From NCBI GenBank assembly GCA_964645315.1, contig CAZYBH010000004.1, forward strand, positions 853 to 64,852: a stretch of 64,000 nucleotides of DNA, given 5' to 3'. Below are positions 56,777 through 64,000 of the stretch, piece after piece; positions within the stretch are counted from its first letter, which is position 1; every line of letters begins with the position of its first letter. The stretch is from an uncultured Candidatus Saccharibacteria bacterium. Its GTDB lineage: Bacteria; Patescibacteriota; Minisyncoccia; Phycocordibacterales; PALSA-1337. Below the pieces are notes generated by a model. It did no database searches. It was not told the DNA's origin and worked only from the letters and a program-made list of their open reading frames with translations. The position numbers were made by a program, and so were the translations under genes.

Positions 56777-58525
56777 ATGTACGTTGAAGATACTCAACTC
56801 TATAAATTTATTTTGGACTCTGGCTTAGTAAGCAAGGAGGATCTTGAGGTCGCAAAAAAAGAAAGCGAATCATCAAAGAAGCATTTGGGGGATGTTTTGG
56901 TAAGTTCCGGCAAGATAAATGCAGACAATCTCCGCAGAATGCAGGCATATAGCCTCGGCATTCCATTCGTCGACCTCAAAGGCAAGAAACTCCCTTTCGA
57001 GACCTTGACCCTTATCCCTGAGCCTATTGCAAGAGCGCACAATATCGTAGCTTTCAAAAAGACCGATGTTGCTCTTGAAGTAGCAATGCTTGATGTAAAT
57101 GACTTGTCTGCTATCGATTTTATTAAGAAAAAAGTCAATCTCAAGATTTTGCCTAGACTTACTGATTCTGATTCAATCAAGGAGGTTTTGGTCCAATACC
57201 AAAAAAGCTTGAAGGCAGAATTTGGCGATTTGATCCAAAAAGAGACCGCTTCTCTAAAGATGATATCAGAAGAGAAGGGTGATGCGGTTACAGAAGCCGA
57301 CCTCAAAAAGATCGCCGAAGACTTACCTGTGGTCCGTATAGTCGACACACTTATCAAGCATGCAATATTGCAAAATGCTTCAGATATTCATATTGAGCCG
57401 ATGGAAGAACAGGTCTTGGTCCGATATCGTATAGATGGACTTCTACATGATGCCATGGTTTTGCCGAAGAAGGCCGGTCCATCGGTCTCTGCTCGTATCA
57501 AGGTCTTGGCAAATCTAAAACTCGACGAAAAAAGACTTCCTCAAGACGGTCGTTTCAAAGTTGATATGAATAGTGAGAAGGTCTCTTTCCGTGTCTCTAT
57601 TCTACCTACTTACTATGGAGAAAAGATCGTCATGCGTCTACTTCGCGAAAGTATATCTGGTTTTACATTGGAATATCTCAATTTCCACGGCCAAGGTCTC
57701 GAAGATATTCACAAAGTTTTGAAGAAGACGACTGGCATGATCCTCATGACTGGACCTACAGGATCAGGTAAGACTACTACTTTGTATACCATGCTTGATA
57801 TTTTGAATACTCCAGACGTAAATATTTCTACAATCGAAGACCCTATCGAATATCAAATGGCTAGGATCAATCAGACTCAAGTCAAACCAGAAATAGGTTT
57901 TTCATTCCCACAAGGTATTAGGACACTAGTTCGTCAGGACCCAGACGTGATCATGGTGGGAGAAATACGCGACAATGAAACCGCAGCTTTGGCCGTAAAT
58001 GCAGCCTTGACTGGTCACTTAGTGCTTTCTACATTGCACACAAACTCTGCCGCTGGTGCTATGCCAAGATTGCTAGATATGAAAGTAGAGCCATTCTTGC
58101 TGGTCTCGACCCTTGATGTTGTTATTGGTCAAAGATTGGTCAGACGTCTAAATGATTTGAAACAACAATACAAACTTACAAAAGACGAATTGGCTCAATT
58201 GGATAAGATTGTCGATCTAAAAAGAATACTAAATTTCTTGAGAGAAGAGAAAATAGTCAAATCGAGCGACGATTGGGATAGTATTAAGTTTTGGAAGGCA
58301 GTACCAGGACCAGATGATGATGGTTTCAAGAGTCGTGTCGGTATACATGAAGTACTTACGATGACTCCTGCCATCAAAAACCTGATTATGAAAAATGCCA
58401 CTGCTCAAGAAATAGAAGATCAAGCAAAAAAAGACGGCATGCTTACTATGCTAGAAGACGGAATATTCAAATGCGTTCAAGGTTTGACCACAATAGAAGA
58501 AGTCCTAAGAGTTATTACTGATTAA
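56777..58525 (+). CDS. pilB: Type IV pilus assembly ATPase PilB (paralog 2, lacks the tetracysteine zinc motif)
   Basis: GSPII_E_N-like N-domain; Walker A GPTGSGKTTTLYTML; DPDVIMVGEIRD; TGHLVLSTLHTNS. No Cys residues in the C-terminal region. Confidence 0.9.
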   Translation: MYVEDTQLYKFILDSGLVSKEDLEVAKKESESSKKHLGDVLVSSGKINADNLRRMQAYSLGIPFVDLKGKKLPFETLTLIPEPIARAHNIVAFKKTDVALEVAMLDVNDLSAIDFIKKKVNLKILPRLTDSDSIKEVLVQYQKSLKAEFGDLIQKETASLKMISEEKGDAVTEADLKKIAEDLPVVRIVDTLIKHAILQNASDIHIEPMEEQVLVRYRIDGLLHDAMVLPKKAGPSVSARIKVLANLKLDEKRLPQDGRFKVDMNSEKVSFRVSILPTYYGEKIVMRLLRESISGFTLEYLNFHGQGLEDIHKVLKKTTGMILMTGPTGSGKTTTLYTMLDILNTPDVNISTIEDPIEYQMARINQTQVKPEIGFSFPQGIRTLVRQDPDVIMVGEIRDNETAALAVNAALTGHLVLSTLHTNSAAGAMPRLLDMKVEPFLLVSTLDVVIGQRLVRRLNDLKQQYKLTKDELAQLDKIVDLKRILNFLREEKIVKSSDDWDSIKFWKAVPGPDDDGFKSRVGIHEVLTMTPAIKNLIMKNATAQEIEDQAKKDGMLTMLEDGIFKCVQGLTTIEEVLRVITD

Positions 58526-58569
58526 TTTTTAATTTTTAAATTTTGATTTTTCATTTTTAAATTTGAAAC

Positions 58570-59787
58570 ATGTCCCACTTTATTTTTAAAGCAAGGAAAC
58601 TGTCTGGAGAAGTCTATAAGGGCGAAAGAGATGCCAATGATCATTTCGAATTGTACAAAATGATGCGTGATCAGGGTGATGAAGTCATAGAATACAAAGA
58701 GAAAAAATCTCGAAGCAAGTTGAATTTCAATATATCGATTCCTTTTTTTGGTGGTGTAAAACCCTTGGAAAAAATCAATTTTGCTAGAAATCTAGGAGCA
58801 ATGCTTGAAGCGGGTCTAGCTTTGTCTCGTGCTTTGGTAGTTATCGAAAAGCAGACCAAAAATCCAGCATTCAAAAAAGTCATTGGTAGTCTTATATCAG
58901 AAGTTGATACTGGTGTGACTTTGGCTGATGCTTTGGATAAATTTCCAAAAGTTTTCCCAAAACTCTTCGTTTCAATGGTCAAAGCTGGTGAACAAAGCGG
59001 TACTTTGGCTGAATCTTTGAAAATTGTTGCTCAGCAGATGGACAGTGCCTATGCTCTAGATAAGAGGATAAAGGGAGCAATGTTGTATCCAGCTGTTATC
59101 GTGACTGCAATGATCATAATTGCTATTTTGATGTTTATTTATGTTGTTCCTACTCTTTTGAAGACATTTACCGAGCTTCATATCAAGTTGCCAGCGACTA
59201 CCCAGTTTGTTTTGGATGTTAGCAATCTTATTAGAGATCATGGTTTGGTAGTACTTATTGTATTTATAATGGTGGCGCTTTTCCTTATTTGGTGGTCCAA
59301 GAAACCTTTGGGTAAGAGAGTTATACATTCTTTGGTATTGAAAATGCCAATTTTTGGAGCCTTGGTTCAAGAAGTCAATACGGCAAGGACGGCAAGGACG
59401 ATGTCTTCTTTGTTGGGTTCTGGTGTCGATGTGGTCGAGACGGTCAATATTACATCTGAAGTTGTTCAAAATGTTTATTTCCAAGAAGTTTTGCAAAAAG
59501 CATCTGCTTCAATCAAAAATGGAGATTTGATGTCAAAAACATTTAGCCAATATTCCAAATATTATCCAATATTTTTTATCGAGATGATGACAGTTGGAGA
59601 GGAGACAGGTAAGACTGGGGAAATGCTAATGGGAGTAGCCAAATATTATGAAGATGATGTCAATCAAAAGACAAAAGATATGTCTACGATTATCGAACCT
59701 ATACTCATCTTGATGATTGGAGGTGCGGTCGGATTCTTCGCAGTTTCTATGATCCAACCTATGTACTCACTCATGGATGCAATATAA
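58570..59787 (+). CDS. pilC: Type IV pilus platform protein PilC / GspF family
   Basis: Two T2SSF repeats, three TM; motifs such as NLGAMLEAGLALSRAL and EMMTVGEETGKTGEML. Confidence 0.9.
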   Translation: MSHFIFKARKLSGEVYKGERDANDHFELYKMMRDQGDEVIEYKEKKSRSKLNFNISIPFFGGVKPLEKINFARNLGAMLEAGLALSRALVVIEKQTKNPAFKKVIGSLISEVDTGVTLADALDKFPKVFPKLFVSMVKAGEQSGTLAESLKIVAQQMDSAYALDKRIKGAMLYPAVIVTAMIIIAILMFIYVVPTLLKTFTELHIKLPATTQFVLDVSNLIRDHGLVVLIVFIMVALFLIWWSKKPLGKRVIHSLVLKMPIFGALVQEVNTARTARTMSSLLGSGVDVVETVNITSEVVQNVYFQEVLQKASASIKNGDLMSKTFSQYSKYYPIFFIEMMTVGEETGKTGEMLMGVAKYYEDDVNQKTKDMSTIIEPILILMIGGAVGFFAVSMIQPMYSLMDAI

Positions 59788-59788
59788 A

Positions 59789-61558
59789 ATGTACAAAAAT
59801 ATAAGAAATAATAGCGGTTTTACTTTGGTAGAAGTAGTAGTCGGCTCTGCTATATTTCTCATTGTTGCCCTTGCTGTCTATAGTACTTTCGTCAGTATTA
59901 TCAATTTGGCAAGTGGAGGTCAATCTAGAAGTCTTGCGGTTGAGCTTGCTGATGAACAATTTGAAATAATTAGAAATTTACCGTATTCAAGTATCGGTCT
60001 TACAAACGGTATACCTGTAGGAGTTTTGCCACAAAATCAAACTCTGAATAGGGGAGGTGTTAGTTTCAATGTATTACTTACTATCAGAAATATAAATTTG
60101 TCTACTTCTACGGTACAGGCCAGTGATAAATTGGTAGAAGTAGAAGTTTCTTGTCCGAAGTGCAAGGATTTCGAAACTGTAACTCTAACCGGACAAGTCT
60201 CTCCAGCCAATCTCCAATCTGCTGGAAGTGGTGGTGCATTGGTTACTCAGGTTTTCGATGGTAGTGGTCAACCGGTCCAAGGTGCTACGGTTTTTTTGCA
60301 AAGTGCAGCCACTGGAACAATTACAAATACTGATGTAACAAATAATTATGGAATTTTGAATGTTATTGGAGTTGCTCAGGGAAATAATATGTACAAGATT
60401 CGAGTTTCGAAAGACGGTTATTCTACAGAAGAGACATATCCTATAGGCGGGGCAGGCAATCCAAATCCAACAAAGCCAAATGCAACGATCTTGAATCAGC
60501 AAGTTACTCAACTTAGTTTTTCTATTGATAAATTGAGTACTTTGCATGTTTCAAGCGTCTCTCCTATGTGTGTTGCAATTCCAAATATAGATTTCAACCT
60601 ATCTGGCGCAAAAATGATTGGCGCAAATCTCAAAAAATACAGTTCCAGCCTTGCTACAAATGGTTCGGGGATATTGAATTTATCAAATATGGAATGGGAT
60701 ACTTATACATTGGATCCAAATGATGGTTCTTATGATTTGGCAGGCATAAATCCAGACGGTCCATTTTCACTTAGTCCAGATACTACGCAAAATATACAAT
60801 TAGTAATGGTGCCAAAAAATGGTAATAGCTTGATGGTTTCTATAATCGATAGTACTACCAAGTTGCCGGTCTCAGGCGCATCAGTTGAGTTGACAAAGGC
60901 TGGTTATGATGTGACGAAGATTACAGGTCAGGGTTATTTGGATCAAATAGATTGGACAAATGGTCCTGGTCAAACTGATTTTATTGATAGTACAAAATAT
61001 TTTGATGAAAATGGCTTGCTCGACACTTCTACTTCATCAGGTGATGTGCTTATGAAAATGATTTTTGGTGCATATACTACAAATGCTACTGGAACATTGG
61101 AATCTTCTACCTTCGACACTGGTACATCGAGCAATTTTTACACATTTTCTTGGCTACCACTTAGTCAGCCGGCTCAAACTGGCCAAAATAGCTTGAAATT
61201 CCAATTTGCTACAAATGCAAGCTCTACAGATCCTTGGACATTTATAGGTCCAGATGGTACTACAAATTCCTACTATATGACTCCAGGTCAGCCTATCAGC
61301 GTAGCAAACAATGGCAAGCAATATGCTAGATACAAAGCATATTTGACTACCGATTCTGCAACAGCAACACCGAAGCTTTCTAGTGTAAACTTTGTCTATA
61401 CATCCGGTTGTATTCCCCCTGGTCAAGTTATTTTCCAAAACCTTAGTACGGGAAATTACACATTGAATGTTACAAAAGCTGGTTATAACAATTACTCTGT
61501 TCCTGTGACGATCAATAATGGCTGGCAAAGACTAGGTGTTTCTTTTGTAGCTCAATAA
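59789..61558 (+). CDS. Giant type IV pilin-like protein (prepilin leader + ~570-aa beta-rich body with CarboxypepD_reg-like segments)
   Basis: Class III signal MYKNIRNNSG|FTLVEVVVGSAIFLIVALAVY (G-1, F+1, E+5); the body contains GSGQPVQGATVFL-type beta-sandwich motifs. Start taken at M5 of the track ORF. Confidence 0.7.
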   Translation: MYKNIRNNSGFTLVEVVVGSAIFLIVALAVYSTFVSIINLASGGQSRSLAVELADEQFEIIRNLPYSSIGLTNGIPVGVLPQNQTLNRGGVSFNVLLTIRNINLSTSTVQASDKLVEVEVSCPKCKDFETVTLTGQVSPANLQSAGSGGALVTQVFDGSGQPVQGATVFLQSAATGTITNTDVTNNYGILNVIGVAQGNNMYKIRVSKDGYSTEETYPIGGAGNPNPTKPNATILNQQVTQLSFSIDKLSTLHVSSVSPMCVAIPNIDFNLSGAKMIGANLKKYSSSLATNGSGILNLSNMEWDTYTLDPNDGSYDLAGINPDGPFSLSPDTTQNIQLVMVPKNGNSLMVSIIDSTTKLPVSGASVELTKAGYDVTKITGQGYLDQIDWTNGPGQTDFIDSTKYFDENGLLDTSTSSGDVLMKMIFGAYTTNATGTLESSTFDTGTSSNFYTFSWLPLSQPAQTGQNSLKFQFATNASSTDPWTFIGPDGTTNSYYMTPGQPISVANNGKQYARYKAYLTTDSATATPKLSSVNFVYTSGCIPPGQVIFQNLSTGNYTLNVTKAGYNNYSVPVTINNGWQRLGVSFVAQ

Positions 61559-61577
61559 AAGCTATAATATAGACAGC

Positions 61578-62210
61578 ATGAGTGAAAAAAATAAACTTTT
61601 TTCTATCAAAAAAAATAGAGGTTTTACATTTGTGGAGCTTTTATTTTTCGTCGGAATTTTCGTAATGATCTATATAGCAGTCTCTGCTATGGGAGCAAAT
61701 CTCTTTATTTTTAATTCAACCACATCGGGTTCTTATCAAGCCACCCAAAATTCGCAGGTTATTTTGAGAACAATGTTGAAAGAAATAAGAGAAGCCTCTC
61801 CTGGAGCAAATGGTGCCTATCCTTTGGTTACGACAGGTAGTACGACATTATCATTCTTCACCGATGTAGATAATGATGGTGTTACTGAGCAAGTTACATA
61901 TTCATTGATCGGCACAACTCTATACCGATCGGTTATAAAGTCTACTGGTACACCGCCGGTCTATAGTGGGGCAAATCAATCCACTTCTACTCTTATAAAT
62001 AATGTTGTAAATGGCTCGGCTACTCCTTCATTTCAATATTTCGATACTTACTACACAGGCACAAGCTCTCCTTTGGTACAGCCAGTAAATCCATCTCAAG
62101 TTAAGCTAATACAGGTAAATCAAAGGATAGATATAGACCCAAATCGATCACCTCTTCCTATTATCTTTACGGTTCAGGCTAGTTTAAGAAATCTAAAATC
62201 AAATCTATGA
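61578..62210 (+). CDS. Type IV (pseudo)pilin, prepilin-type N-terminal methylation domain
   Basis: KKNRG|FTFVELLFFVGIFVMIYIAV: the canonical GFT-x-x-E prepilin signal. Confidence 0.7.
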   Translation: MSEKNKLFSIKKNRGFTFVELLFFVGIFVMIYIAVSAMGANLFIFNSTTSGSYQATQNSQVILRTMLKEIREASPGANGAYPLVTTGSTTLSFFTDVDNDGVTEQVTYSLIGTTLYRSVIKSTGTPPVYSGANQSTSTLINNVVNGSATPSFQYFDTYYTGTSSPLVQPVNPSQVKLIQVNQRIDIDPNRSPLPIIFTVQASLRNLKSNL

Positions 62211-63676
62211 TTATAAATAAACAAAAGGGCAATATTATACTTACGGTTCTAATTTTCGCAGCAATTTCTGTAACGATTTTGGTAGGCTTAGCAAATTGGG
62301 GAGTTACTATGCTTCGAAGTATAAGGACGGTATCTCAAAAAGAACAAGCATTCCAGATAGCAGAGGCTGGTGCGGATTATTATCAATGGCATTTAGCTCA
62401 ATATCCTACAGATTATAAGGATGGTACGGCCACTTCTGGACCTTATGTACACAATTTTTATGATAAAGATGGGAACCTACTTGGTACATACTCTTTGACC
62501 ATTACTCCTCCACTATCCGGTTCTACTGTGGTAAAGATTACTTCTATAGGCAAGTTGGCAAGTTCAACCATTTCAAAAAAAGTCCAAAAAACTCTGGCAA
62601 TTCCATCTTTGGCAAAATATGCCGTAGTTGCAAATGATAATCTTAGATTTGGAGAGGGTACAGAAGTCTTCGGTCCCATTCATTCAAATGGAGGAATTAG
62701 ATTTGACGGTATTACTCACAATCTAATGACTAGTGCCATGGCAACATATACTGATCCGGATACAGGATTAGTACAATGGGGTGTCTACACAACAAGCGGT
62801 CAAGATGATCCAAGGCCAAATGCTCCTGTAAATAATCGTCCAGATGTATTTATGGCAGGAAGACAGTTCCCGGTTCCAGGTAGCGATTTTGCAGGTTTGA
62901 CTTTGGGTTTGACACAGCTTAGAAATTTGGCACAGCCTGCCGCTGGAGGAAAGGAGTGGACTGCTTCAAATAAAAAGGGTTATCAAATTATTTTCAAAGT
63001 AACAAATGGTGTAACTTCATACGATATTTACAAAGTTACAGCTGTGCAATCTGCTCCAAATGGCTGTGGTTCAGATGCGACAGCACAAAGTCAGCTAAAT
63101 GGTCCAAAATATTATCAATGGGATACTTGGAGTATAAAAAGTCCGATAAATAATAATAGGACTCTCATTGGAAATTATCCAATACCAAGTAATGGTGTAA
63201 TATTTGTCGATGATCATGTCTGGGTAGAGGGTACTATCAATAATGCCAGAGTTACAGTTGCTGCTGGCCTCATAGGTAATACTGATCCTACGAAACATGC
63301 AAATATTACGATAAATGAAAACTTAAGATATACAAATTACGATGGTAGAGATTCTATTGGCCTAATTGCTCAAGGAAATGTAAATGTTGGTATGGTGAGT
63401 GCTGATAATTTGAGGATCGATGCGGCTCTTGTAGCAGAAAACGGAAGAGTTGGCAGGTTCTATTACAATAGTAGTTGTACAAACTCAGTAAGAAATACAG
63501 TCACTCTTTTTGGTATGATTGCTAGTTATGTTCGTTATGGTTTCGCTTATACAGATAATACAGGATATACAAATAGGGACATTATTTATGACAATAACTT
63601 GCTCTACGGTCCGCCACCTTCATTCCCTCAATCTACAAATCAATATGAAGTTATCAATTGGCAACAATTGGATTAG
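62207..63676 (+). CDS. PilX-N-like minor pilin / pilus tip protein (489 aa)
   Basis: N-terminus QKGNIILTVLIFAAISVTILVGLANWGVTMLRSI resembles the PilX N-terminal domain. Overlaps the preceding pilin gene by 4 nt. Confidence 0.5.
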   Translation: MIINKQKGNIILTVLIFAAISVTILVGLANWGVTMLRSIRTVSQKEQAFQIAEAGADYYQWHLAQYPTDYKDGTATSGPYVHNFYDKDGNLLGTYSLTITPPLSGSTVVKITSIGKLASSTISKKVQKTLAIPSLAKYAVVANDNLRFGEGTEVFGPIHSNGGIRFDGITHNLMTSAMATYTDPDTGLVQWGVYTTSGQDDPRPNAPVNNRPDVFMAGRQFPVPGSDFAGLTLGLTQLRNLAQPAAGGKEWTASNKKGYQIIFKVTNGVTSYDIYKVTAVQSAPNGCGSDATAQSQLNGPKYYQWDTWSIKSPINNNRTLIGNYPIPSNGVIFVDDHVWVEGTINNARVTVAAGLIGNTDPTKHANITINENLRYTNYDGRDSIGLIAQGNVNVGMVSADNLRIDAALVAENGRVGRFYYNSSCTNSVRNTVTLFGMIASYVRYGFAYTDNTGYTNRDIIYDNNLLYGPPPSFPQSTNQYEVINWQQLD

Positions 63677-63712
63677 TTTGTCTTTTTTGGCTTTGTTAAC
63701 TATAATTTCTCT

Positions 63713-64000
63713 ATGAATAAAAAACTTATTATAGGGAATTGGAAGATGAATCCGGAGAAAAGTGCAGAAGCAAGAGATATTGGTGAAAAAATAATTGCAG
63801 TTGGTCTAGGTCTAGAAAAAACCATAACAGTAATAGCTCCTTCTTTTTTGCATATTGGACTTTTTGATCTCAAAAAGGGTTTAGACAATGTATTCCTTGG
63901 TGCCCAATCTGTCTCTGTAGATGCAGAGGGTGCACATACTGGTGAGGTTAGTGCAAAAATGCTCAAAGATCAGAATGTAAGTTATGTGATAGTTGGTCAT
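63713..64000 (+). CDS. tpiA: Triosephosphate isomerase (5' part; gene continues past the window end)
   Basis: MNKKLIIGNWKMNP... and GAQSVSVDAEGAHTGEVSAKMLKDQNVSYVIVGH match the TIM N-terminal and catalytic-loop signatures. No stop codon within the window. Confidence 0.88.
   Translation, partial: MNKKLIIGNWKMNPEKSAEARDIGEKIIAVGLGLEKTITVIAPSFLHIGLFDLKKGLDNVFLGAQSVSVDAEGAHTGEVSAKMLKDQNVSYVIVGH

Noticed and set aside
1-64000. CRISPR arrays
   Set aside because: No series of regularly spaced direct repeats with unique spacers was seen anywhere in the window. The only notable repeats are the inverted repeats at 36.4-36.7 kb.

Overview
This window is an AT-rich, densely packed bacterial chromosomal segment with almost no intergenic space, many overlapping start/stop codons and several unusually short housekeeping proteins. 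That style is typical of small-genome Patescibacteria/CPR-like organisms, but this lineage assignment is an inference, not something the sequence proves.

The window contains the chromosomal replication-origin neighbourhood. rpmH-rnpA-yidC lie on the + strand, facing dnaA-dnaN and a possible DUF721/DciA-like gene on the - strand. Tandem TGTTGATAA DnaA-box-like repeats and an AT-rich stretch sit between them.

Housekeeping genes that can be called from motifs are:
- DNA repair and recombination: ruvB, ruvC, a yebC-family gene, uvrD/pcrA, comM/yifB, xth, xerC/D.
- RNA metabolism: ksgA/rsmA, rsmE, pnp, rpsO, cca, rny, nusA.
- Protein quality control and other: clpP, tig, hup, a class-A PBP, a LysM-M23 peptidase, an H+-pyrophosphatase, and tpiA (partial at the window end).

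Four tRNAs are present: Arg-TCG, Gly-GCC, Pro-TGG and Gly-TCC. They are interleaved with yraN, a DUF805 gene and an HTH/LAGLIDADG-like gene.

There are two type IV pilus loci. One is an orphan PilB/GspE ATPase at the window start. The other is a pilB-pilC cluster followed by three pilin-like genes, one of them giant.

The most interesting region is an 11-gene operon on the - strand (12.5-25.7 kb) with overlapping stops and starts. It encodes a type IV secretion-like machine: a VirB4-family ATPase split into an N-domain ORF and an ATPase ORF, a VirB3-like small membrane protein, a VirB6/TrbL-like polytopic protein with a long charged C-terminal tail, a VirB2/TrbC-like two-helix pilin module fused to a long coiled coil, a 585-aa acidic disordered protein, and several secreted or bitopic proteins of unknown function. 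No VirD4, relaxase or VirB11 is visible in the window.

Other notable signals are two very long, near-perfect inverted repeats between rpsO and a NYN-domain (RNase-like) gene upstream of pnp; GC-rich islands carrying small ORFs with strong GGAGG ribosome-binding sites; and structured non-coding stretches that may encode RNAs.
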